Virus record (IMG/VR): IMGVR_UViG_3300020193_000004
Span: 1 to 64,000 of that record
Reading direction: 5' to 3' (one strand)
From: a virus
DNA length: 64,000 nt
Shown here: positions 48,524 to 56,279 of the stretch, piece after piece
Layout of the letters: every line of letters starts with the position of its first letter
Numbering within the stretch: the first letter of the stretch is position 1
Translations under genes and position numbers: made by a program
The notes under the pieces: generated by a model
Databases searched by the model: none
Seen by the model: the letters and a program-made list of their open reading frames with translations, nothing else
What the model was told of the DNA's origin: nothing

Positions 48524-51500
48524 CCGCCTGGTCGGCGGTTCTCTTTAGGGTGGCCAGCCCCAGGCCCACTGCTCCAGTACCGAGCGCCCCGTAGCGGACC
48601 TTCTCAGGGATAGCGTTCCAGTGTGTACCGAGCTCGCGCAGGATGTCTTCCGCACCTGCCGCTTTCACCACCCCTGTGGCTGCGGGCGCAGCACCTGCCT
48701 GCACCGGACGAGACAGCTTCGGGAACTCGATGGGCTTGGTCAGCGCTCTGGCGATGCGGTTTGCCGGACGCGTAGGGTCCACCGCATACTCAGAGTGCTC
48801 CGCGAGGCCCATGGGCACCTGCACGCCGTGTGCTTTCAACACCCCCACGGACTGCCGAACATCGTCCACGCTCGGCAGTCCGTGGATCCCGCGCTCACGT
48901 GCTGCAGCACCCAGTGCCTGCGCCTGTTCGTAGTGCCCGACGACATGGGGGTCGAACGCACTCAAGATCCCCTTGCTGACGGGGTGCAGGCCGCGTTCGC
49001 CCCTGGTTCCGGCAACCAGGCCCGCATGCGCTGCCCCCTCGTAGTACGGACGGAATACCTGCTTCAGGCCTGGGATTTTCGTCCCATATCGCCCGAGGAG
49101 GTGTGCCTTGGCGATGCCTGCGGTGGCAGCCAGCGCCTCTGGAGACGCGAAGGCATAGTGCAGTATGTCGTAGAGGTTCGCCTGTTTTATTGCAGCTGCG
49201 AGCGGTAGCTTGCCGGTGAAAAGGGGTTGTCCTTCTCTCCCCGGGACCGCCTCAAGTGCAGTACGGTTCCCATAAGTCTTCACGACACCAGGCACCTTAT
49301 CAATGGTGTAACCCTGTGTCTTTCCCAGTGAACCCCACACCCGCTGAGCGGCCTCCGACACTTGTTCACCGCTCTTTAGCTCCTGATTCGGCAAGCGCCG
49401 CATGACCTCCCCATACAGCTTCTTTCCCAGACCAAACCCCTGAAACTCGTCATTGATGTGGGTACCAACGATACGACCGTTCAACGTCTCCATATAGCCG
49501 ATCGGACGCCCATTCAGATGCATAGTATGGTCGACCAACCCCGGAAGATATTCGTGCGCTTTGGACACGACCTGCACTGATCGACGCAGGCGACTCCCCG
49601 CCAGCTTCTGCCAGTTGCCGCGGAAGGGGTTGATCGGGATGTGCTTGCCCTGATCCGGGTTCAGGCGAGGGGCGGCGAGCCGCGGCTGCTTCATGCCAGG
49701 CACGCGCGGCCGCTCCCCTTCGTCTCCCACTCCAGGGAGCTCCGCGGCGAGCTTCACACTCCCTTGCTTGGCCCAAGGACTCGAGGCCACCTGCAGGGTG
49801 GGCGCCGGCGGGCGCTGCGTCGGTATCGGGGTCTGCTGCTTGCTGGCGTACGCCTTCAGCGCGATTCCCCCTGTCAGCGCACCAGCCCCAAGGAGGATCT
49901 TGCCCTTGTTCCCGGCTACGAACCCGCCAACACGATTGAGCCCGCTCCGCAGAGCACTGCCAACTCCTCCATCGGCATGCGCCGCGGTGTTCCGTACAGC
50001 CAGAGCAGTATTGGCGGTAGCCGCTTCTGCAGCGGGCGGCGGAGGCGTCACGATCCGTGCGCGCCCCTGCGCGTCGAAGTGCGGGATCCGCGCGGCCAGA
50101 TCCTTCGACCGCTGTGCAGCTACGGGGTCCACGACGGGGCGAGGGGGACGCTCCACGCCCACCCACGGGACCGTGGGGGCCTTGCCCGGGTTCTGCAGGA
50201 CGTTGTGGATCTGATGCTCCGTACGGAAGGCCAGCCGTTTCACGGCAGCGCCTTGGCGCAGGGCCTCTTCAGGAGAGCTCGCCTTCAGTGCGTCGGCCGC
50301 TCCGCGCTGCAGACGGTCGTACCGAGCGGCGATGGCCCTCTGCTTTGCCTCCTCCGAGATGGCGACCTTCTCGAGGGACGACAGCACGGCCGAGCCGACA
50401 GGCACCTCTGCGAGGTTGGACTTCCCCGCGGTCTTCTGGAGGACCCCGAACGACCTCTCTGGTACAACACGTGCTGCATGTGCATGTGCCTGTCGTGCGA
50501 ACTCTTCGGAGGACTGCCCGAAACGTGCCTTCTGCGTGACCACCACTGGCGCTGCACGGCCAACCACGTCGAGCTCGTCAGGTATCACCTCAGCGTACAT
50601 GTGACGCCCCCGCTGCCTTACACGCACGCGAGGGAACCTCCGCGCCCCTTGTTCTGTCGAGCTGTACGCAGGAGAAGCACCCGCCGACACTGAGGCACTG
50701 CTGATAGCTTCCTCTACTTCGGGACCAGCGGCCTTTCGTCCATTCTTGAAGTAGATGCCTGGGCCTTCGTTGTCCAAGGCTTGCCCGAGCAAGAAGGTGT
50801 CCCCCGGCTCAGCCCACTTCGTCCTTGCGAGCGCCGCAGGGGTAACTGCCGCTCCGAGTACTCCACCGAGCAATCCTCCAGCAAGAGCGCCGCGAGTACG
50901 GTTTTTCTTGTCAAGAGCAGCACCGGCTCCAGCACCTGCAAGTCCAAACCCGAGCCCACCAGCAATGCGTGCGCGTAGGGGCGTAGCTACGAGTCCCTCG
51001 AGGGACGACAGTACATTGGCTGCAGTCTTGGAAGAGTTCTGCGAGAACCCGAGACGGTTGAGGGCGCTGGCCCTCTGCTTTGCCTCCTCCGAGATGGCGA
51101 CCTTCTCGAGGGACGACAGCACGCCGGAGGATTTCTGTGCTCGTCGCGCATGTCCCCACAGGCCCTTCGCCAAGGCCAGCCCGACCATCCCTCCAACGAT
51201 GCCCCGCTCTACCGGCGTCCAGCCAGCGATCTTCTTGCCGTGGTTCTGGCGGTCGTGGAAGATTCCGGCCGTCTTGGGCGGGGCCTGCGGTACTGCAGGA
51301 TGTACGGCGTCCCAGAGCTTCTTGACGCCATAGCCGCCCAGGTGGTGGGCGGCGTGGAAGATTCCGGCCGTCTTGGGCGGGGCCTGCGGTACTGCAGGAT
51401 GTACGGCGTCCCAGAGCTTCTTGACGCCATAGCCGCCCAGGGCCGCGGCTCCTGTCGCCAGTGCAGCCCCACCGGCGAACCTACCAGGACGCGCACGTGC

Positions 51501-52238
51501 GTACTCCGCGATCTCACGCAGACCGACACCTCGATAGTTCTTCGAGCCCTTGATGTACTCTGTCGGTATGGAGTCGACCGCGTGCTCGGCATATGACTGG
51601 AGACCGTGCTGTGCGCGCGCAGCGAGCTCGTTGTCCCTGATCAGCGCTGCCTGCTGGTGTGCATTGAAGTCGAGAAAATGGGCGCCCTTTAGACGGTCTA
51701 ACGTACGCTGCCTCCACGCGTGAAACCCGCCTGCCGTTTCTGGGTTCTCCTGTAGCGGAATCTTCCAGGTTGGTACGGACATCTTGACCGTAGCGGCTCC
51801 GCCTTCTCCAGGGCGGAGCTTAGCGGCCTGAGCGGCGTACATTGGCGCCTTCAGGTTCTTGGACGTCGTCACGTACGCCTTGTCTGCCCACTCCTTTGGG
51901 AAGTTGCCCTTGTTAATAACGCCGGCGGCGCCACCCCGGTTTGACGGCAAGAGCCCCTGTTCGCGGATCCGTGCCGCAGACTCCGCCGTAGTGCCGTGGT
52001 AGAGCGCCTGCCGTCCTGTGACCCGTGGAACCGACATCTTGGCGAGCACGCCACCACCTGCGAGCGCTCCAACTCCCGTAACGGCATCATCGGTCGTGGA
52101 GGGCTCTTGCCGGTCCGCACCCAGCTTCTGGAGCTCGTCCCCGAAGCTGGTCCAGTGGACGGTCTCTGCTGCGAGCTCGGTAATGCTCGCCTCCTTGGTC
52201 AACGGCCCCGCGAGGAGTCGATATAGACGCGCACCCAT
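48417..52238 (-). CDS. 1273-aa multi-module protein (ART-like, glycine zippers, GNAT); putative polyprotein
   Basis: LYHGT...GLLPS...YVTT; FQGFGLGKKLY; more than 10 K-x-A motifs at module borders; internal DNA repeats. Confidence 0.75.
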   Translation of the reverse strand: MGARLYRLLAGPLTKEASITELAAETVHWTSFGDELQKLGADRQEPSTTDDAVTGVGALAGGGVLAKMSVPRVTGRQALYHGTTAESAARIREQGLLPSNRGGAAGVINKGNFPKEWADKAYVTTSKNLKAPMYAAQAAKLRPGEGGAATVKMSVPTWKIPLQENPETAGGFHAWRQRTLDRLKGAHFLDFNAHQQAALIRDNELAARAQHGLQSYAEHAVDSIPTEYIKGSKNYRGVGLREIAEYARARPGRFAGGAALATGAAALGGYGVKKLWDAVHPAVPQAPPKTAGIFHAAHHLGGYGVKKLWDAVHPAVPQAPPKTAGIFHDRQNHGKKIAGWTPVERGIVGGMVGLALAKGLWGHARRAQKSSGVLSSLEKVAISEEAKQRASALNRLGFSQNSSKTAANVLSSLEGLVATPLRARIAGGLGFGLAGAGAGAALDKKNRTRGALAGGLLGGVLGAAVTPAALARTKWAEPGDTFLLGQALDNEGPGIYFKNGRKAAGPEVEEAISSASVSAGASPAYSSTEQGARRFPRVRVRQRGRHMYAEVIPDELDVVGRAAPVVVTQKARFGQSSEEFARQAHAHAARVVPERSFGVLQKTAGKSNLAEVPVGSAVLSSLEKVAISEEAKQRAIAARYDRLQRGAADALKASSPEEALRQGAAVKRLAFRTEHQIHNVLQNPGKAPTVPWVGVERPPRPVVDPVAAQRSKDLAARIPHFDAQGRARIVTPPPPAAEAATANTALAVRNTAAHADGGVGSALRSGLNRVGGFVAGNKGKILLGAGALTGGIALKAYASKQQTPIPTQRPPAPTLQVASSPWAKQGSVKLAAELPGVGDEGERPRVPGMKQPRLAAPRLNPDQGKHIPINPFRGNWQKLAGSRLRRSVQVVSKAHEYLPGLVDHTMHLNGRPIGYMETLNGRIVGTHINDEFQGFGLGKKLYGEVMRRLPNQELKSGEQVSEAAQRVWGSLGKTQGYTIDKVPGVVKTYGNRTALEAVPGREGQPLFTGKLPLAAAIKQANLYDILHYAFASPEALAATAGIAKAHLLGRYGTKIPGLKQVFRPYYEGAAHAGLVAGTRGERGLHPVSKGILSAFDPHVVGHYEQAQALGAAARERGIHGLPSVDDVRQSVGVLKAHGVQVPMGLAEHSEYAVDPTRPANRIARALTKPIEFPKLSRPVQAGAAPAATGVVKAAGAEDILRELGTHWNAIPEKVRYGALGTGAVGLGLATLKRTADQAVNPRPEGVGLGAGARTAQKVLSLGLSRSGSEPVYY
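50333..51123. repeat. 56-bp exact dispersed repeat (50333-50388 and 51068-51123)
   Basis: Encodes VLSSLEKVAISEEAKQRA twice. Confidence 0.9.
51254..51441. repeat. 89-bp exact near-tandem repeat, period 99
   Basis: 51254-51342 equals 51353-51441; encodes LGGYGVKKLWDAVHPAVPQAPPKTAGIFH. Confidence 0.92.
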
Positions 52239-52241
52239 CAG

Positions 52242-52652
52242 TCAGAGCTCCCAGACGTAGTTCGGGTCCTTCAGCTTAGCCTGTACCTCACTGACGGACA
52301 TGTCGCCGATGGCCTTGTCGAGGCCTGCGTCGGTCTTTGCAGAAGTGGCGTTCATCTTCTTGGCACGCTCGAGGACCTGCTGCATGCGTTCCTTGGGATC
52401 TGCAATCGCGGGCTTCACCGTGACCTTGATGTCGGGCGTAGGCAATGCAGCCGCGAGGCTTGAGGTTCCAGTCCTCGACCGCAGGGTGTGGCGCGCAAGG
52501 AGGCCGCCACCGGCCAGCAGGCCAACGGCACCCAGGCCTGTGGCGACTGGATGCCTCTTCCAGAACGGCCGATCGCCCTCGTGCTCCTCGTCCCCGACCT
52601 TCTCGAGAGCGAGGGCGTACACGTCGTAGACTTCTGCGGCTGTTTTGAACAT
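52242..52652 (-). CDS. small membrane protein with KTA/EKVG leader
   Basis: MFKTAAEVYDVYALALEKVG; one Gly-rich TM segment. Confidence 0.7.
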   Translation of the reverse strand: MFKTAAEVYDVYALALEKVGDEEHEGDRPFWKRHPVATGLGAVGLLAGGGLLARHTLRSRTGTSSLAAALPTPDIKVTVKPAIADPKERMQQVLERAKKMNATSAKTDAGLDKAIGDMSVSEVQAKLKDPNYVWEL

Positions 52653-52661
52653 GGAGAACTC

Positions 52662-55487
52662 CTACTTCACTGAGACGGCACGGGCATTCGAGCCCACAGC
52701 GAGCCGGTGGAGCTTCTTCTCCTCCTGCTGTACCTCGAGACCGCGCAGGAGGTGGATCATCTGCTCATCCGTGAGGCGGGCAGAGCGCCTCGCACGTGCC
52801 CCAGTCGTGGAGAACTTCGGGTCCTTGTAGCTCGACCACGCGTTCATGCCTCCCAGAACACCGCCACCCAGGAGACCAATCGCCGCGGCGCGTGGCAGGG
52901 CATCCTTCATCGGAAGGCCGCTCTTCAGGCTCTGGACGGCCGCGGTGACTACCTGCGTGTAGCCTGTGATGAGCGCACCGAGTGCTCCGACCGCCAACGT
53001 CTGCTTCAGGATCTCCCTCTTGCGCTCGTCATCGGTCTTGGCCTTCGACACCAGGCCGTCTCCGCTCCCGGGCTTCGCTGCCTCCCGGTAGTAGGCTCGC
53101 AATGCCTCGACGTACTCCTGCTCACGCTCCTGCAGCTCCTTGGGGAGCACCACCTTGGTGGGGTCCACCGCCTCCTCGAGGTGAGGGGCGAACTCCTTCA
53201 TGTAGGCCTCCATGATCGGCCTGTCGGACTTCACCAGGCGGTAAGGCTGCATGGGGAGGCGCTGCGCTGCAAGGCGGCGCTCCTTCGTCTTCTGGTCCGC
53301 TGCGGTCTTGATCGCCGCCGCCTCTGGGAGGGACCCGCGGTAGGACCACGGGCGCTCCTCCCTCAGCATCTGCGCCTTGATCTCTGGAGTGAGACCCTCC
53401 CAGGGCATCCGCTGTGAGGTCCTCAGCATCCCATTGTGCTCGTACTGGTGCGACCAAGGCGCCTGCTCCACCTTCCACCCGTGGCCGCCCTTCCCCAGGG
53501 AGTTCCAAAGACGAGTGGCCTCCGGAGAGACTTGTCCGTCGCTCTTCAGGGACGCGCCAGGCATACGACGCGCAACCTCCCCGTAGAACTTCCTTCCGAG
53601 CCCGAGGTTCCGGAACTCCTTCTCGATCTCGGTACCCATGATCTGCCCATCACGGGTCACCATCCGCCCAGCGGGCTTCCCACCGACCAGGAGCGTCCAG
53701 TGTGTCCGATCTGGATGCACCGAGCTTACTTCAGAGACCACCCGAGTCATTGCACGTAGACGACTCCCTGCCATCTTGGTGGCGCCACCCCCGGCGCGAG
53801 CCGCGAGGCCGTCCTCGAGGAGGTCCAGCATGTCCTCGACGGTGTCGCAGGGAGCCTCGGCGGTCTTGTCGAGGTTGCCGCGCAGCTGCTTGTTGCGCTC
53901 GTCCTTGTTCCACGCCACCTCGTAGGCCCACTCGTCCGGCGAGCGCTCACGCTTCAGCGGGTTGTAGAAGACGGGCTGGCCCTCGAGGACGCGACTGAGC
54001 ATGCCGGACGGCGCGATCAGGTTCATCGTGTCCTTCGCGACCTGCGTCTTCGAGAGAGGGACGCGCGTGACGTAGCGACGGATGAGGACGTGCCGCTGGT
54101 CCTCGGGACGGTGCGCCTGCCCGCCGGCGCGCACGCCGCGGGCCTCGGCCTGGTGGATCTTCTCGGGGTTGAAGTGCCCGTCGACGTTGGCGACGAAGGT
54201 GGTGTTGCCCAGGTTCAGTCCCTCGCCGCCAGCGGAGGAGAGGAGGATGACCTTCTTCGTCCCCGCCTGGTAGTCGGCGACCGCCTGTGAGCGGCTCTGC
54301 TCGGTGGAGCCCGCCTGCCCCTTGCCCATGAAGATGCCGTGCGCGATGCCGCGGTCCTTCAGGCCTTGGCTGAGGACGTCGACCCCACCCTGGATCATGT
54401 TCGAGTAGATGATGACCTGCCCGTCCGGCGTCTCCTTCAGGTGCGTCTCCACGTCGTCCAGCACCCGCTTGATCTTGGGGGAGCGCTGCGCGGACTCCGC
54501 GAGCGTCACCGACTTGTTGACGGTGTGGATGGCGTTCGAGACCTGGCGCGCCTGGGTCATCTTGTTGAAGATGTTGTTGATATCGTTAGTCTTGAGCTTC
54601 GACGAGCCGAAGCGGAACTTCAGTGCCGTCACCGGGTCCATCTTCCCGACGACGTACTGGTAGAGCTCCTGCTGCTCGGGGGTCATGTCGACCTTGACCG
54701 TCTCCACGGTCTTCTTCGGCATCGCGCCGCCACCGGTCGAGGCGTCGACGTGGTGGATGTAGGGGTTCAGCAGCAGGCGCACGACGGGGGTGTTCTGGAG
54801 CTTCCCGTCCTCGGTCATGAACCGCCGCTCGAAGTTCTCCTTCGTACCGAGGTGGTGCTGCCCGTCCGTCATCGCGTCGACGAGCGGGACCAGGTCCGCC
54901 GGCGTGTTGCTCACGATCGAGCCCGTCAGCCCGATGAAGTTGCGGTGATGCTTCCGCGCCTCGCGGAGCGCCTTACCGGTGATCCCGATGTTCTTGATCT
55001 TGTGGAGCTCGTCGTAGATGACGGTGTCCGCCCCCGAGGACTTGATGTACTTCTCGGGGTTGGTGCGGAAGAGGTCGTAGCTGACGACGTGGTAGCGCGC
55101 AGACGGGTCCGGGTCGTCTACATGACGGCCCGTGCCGTTGGCGACCTCCTCGGCGTTGCCGAACACCGCGGCCTTGTCCTTCGTGAACTTGTGCACGCCC
55201 TCGTTGGTGAAGTTCTTCCGCAGGGAGGCCGGGGTCACGATGAGCGCGCGGTCGGCCATCCCGTTCTGGCGGAGACGATCGAACGCCGCGATCGCGGTGA
55301 CGGTCTTCCCGGAACCGACGGGGTGGCTCAGGATGAGGTTGCCGTTCTGCCGCACGGCCTTCTGGACGGCGTCCTCCTGGTGCGGACGGAGCTCAACGCC
55401 AGCCTGCAGGGCCGAGCCCACAGCGGCCGCGAGCTTCTGCCCCAGGTTGACGAAGATGTGGAAGCCCTGCCGCTCTCGCATGGACAT
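52662..55487 (-). CDS. SNF2-like SF2 helicase fused to a GNAT module and membrane tail
   Basis: GSGKT, DELH, LTGS, GGEGLNL, QAEARGVR; FRNLGLGRKFY. Confidence 0.85.
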   Translation of the reverse strand: MSMRERQGFHIFVNLGQKLAAAVGSALQAGVELRPHQEDAVQKAVRQNGNLILSHPVGSGKTVTAIAAFDRLRQNGMADRALIVTPASLRKNFTNEGVHKFTKDKAAVFGNAEEVANGTGRHVDDPDPSARYHVVSYDLFRTNPEKYIKSSGADTVIYDELHKIKNIGITGKALREARKHHRNFIGLTGSIVSNTPADLVPLVDAMTDGQHHLGTKENFERRFMTEDGKLQNTPVVRLLLNPYIHHVDASTGGGAMPKKTVETVKVDMTPEQQELYQYVVGKMDPVTALKFRFGSSKLKTNDINNIFNKMTQARQVSNAIHTVNKSVTLAESAQRSPKIKRVLDDVETHLKETPDGQVIIYSNMIQGGVDVLSQGLKDRGIAHGIFMGKGQAGSTEQSRSQAVADYQAGTKKVILLSSAGGEGLNLGNTTFVANVDGHFNPEKIHQAEARGVRAGGQAHRPEDQRHVLIRRYVTRVPLSKTQVAKDTMNLIAPSGMLSRVLEGQPVFYNPLKRERSPDEWAYEVAWNKDERNKQLRGNLDKTAEAPCDTVEDMLDLLEDGLAARAGGGATKMAGSRLRAMTRVVSEVSSVHPDRTHWTLLVGGKPAGRMVTRDGQIMGTEIEKEFRNLGLGRKFYGEVARRMPGASLKSDGQVSPEATRLWNSLGKGGHGWKVEQAPWSHQYEHNGMLRTSQRMPWEGLTPEIKAQMLREERPWSYRGSLPEAAAIKTAADQKTKERRLAAQRLPMQPYRLVKSDRPIMEAYMKEFAPHLEEAVDPTKVVLPKELQEREQEYVEALRAYYREAAKPGSGDGLVSKAKTDDERKREILKQTLAVGALGALITGYTQVVTAAVQSLKSGLPMKDALPRAAAIGLLGGGVLGGMNAWSSYKDPKFSTTGARARRSARLTDEQMIHLLRGLEVQQEEKKLHRLAVGSNARAVSVK

Positions 55488-55499
55488 CCGGTGCTTCCC

Positions 55500-56201
55500 C
55501 TACAGACCGCTGATCAGGCCAACGACCCTGGTGGCGATCGGGAGCATCCGCTCGTACTGGATCCCGACACCTTCCTGCAGGACCGTGCCCATGGCGTCGG
55601 TCGAGAGGGAGTGGTTGGGGACGTAGCAGGCCTCGAAGTAGTAGGCGCACATCGTGTCCTCGTTACTGTCCTTCAGCATGAGGAGGATGCCAATCGGCTG
55701 CTTGAAGAGGTCGCTGGCCAGATTGAGGTAGATGTTCTCGTAGCCGGGAGGGATGACGACGTCGTGCGGGTTGGCCACCGTCGAGGCCCCGATGTTCGGG
55801 AACACGGCGGGGACGACCGTGGGCGGGACCAGGTCCTGGTAGTAGGCGTAGAGCGTCCGGAGCAGCGAGGGCCCGTGGTACATGATACGGGACAGCGAGA
55901 GGCTGCCCATCACGCGGCCAGGGATGAAGTAGCTGCGCTCGGACCCGATCTCGAAGAACCGGGCCAGCTGCATGTTGTTGCCGAGCTGGAAGCTCTGGAC
56001 CACGCCCACCGGGTAGGCGATCTGGTCGCTACTGCTGCTGCCCGCCGAGAGCGCGGCCGCGAGGAACGAAGGGCCGCCGATGTTCGCCAGACGTGGGGGA
56101 CCGGCCGCGATCAGGGTGAAGGCCGCGTTCAGAAAGCGACCGTCGACCATGCCCCCCTGTACGTACTGATCGTACGGGCTCCATTCGGAAAGCGTTGCCA
56201 T
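55500..56201 (-). CDS. probable tail tube protein
   Basis: Downstream of sheath; VGVVQSFQ...FEIGS...SLSLSRI...EGVGIQYE beta pattern. Confidence 0.7.
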   Translation of the reverse strand: MATLSEWSPYDQYVQGGMVDGRFLNAAFTLIAAGPPRLANIGGPSFLAAALSAGSSSSDQIAYPVGVVQSFQLGNNMQLARFFEIGSERSYFIPGRVMGSLSLSRIMYHGPSLLRTLYAYYQDLVPPTVVPAVFPNIGASTVANPHDVVIPPGYENIYLNLASDLFKQPIGILLMLKDSNEDTMCAYYFEACYVPNHSLSTDAMGTVLQEGVGIQYERMLPIATRVVGLISGL

Positions 56202-56243
56202 CAGGTACTCCGCAGGGAGAGGAGGTGTGCGTGGTGAAAGAGT

Positions 56244-56270
56244 GGTGGCCCCGGTCTAACCGGGGCCACC
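56244..56270. terminator. perfect 12-bp hairpin between virion genes
   Basis: GGTGGCCCCGGT-CTA-ACCGGGGCCACC. Confidence 0.6.
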
Positions 56271-56279
56271 TACAGCCGA

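Noticed and set aside
48417-52238. Tape measure protein or secreted polymorphic toxin
   Set aside because: Contains several enzyme-like modules rather than continuous helical repeats; no secretion/RHS domain and no immunity gene pattern
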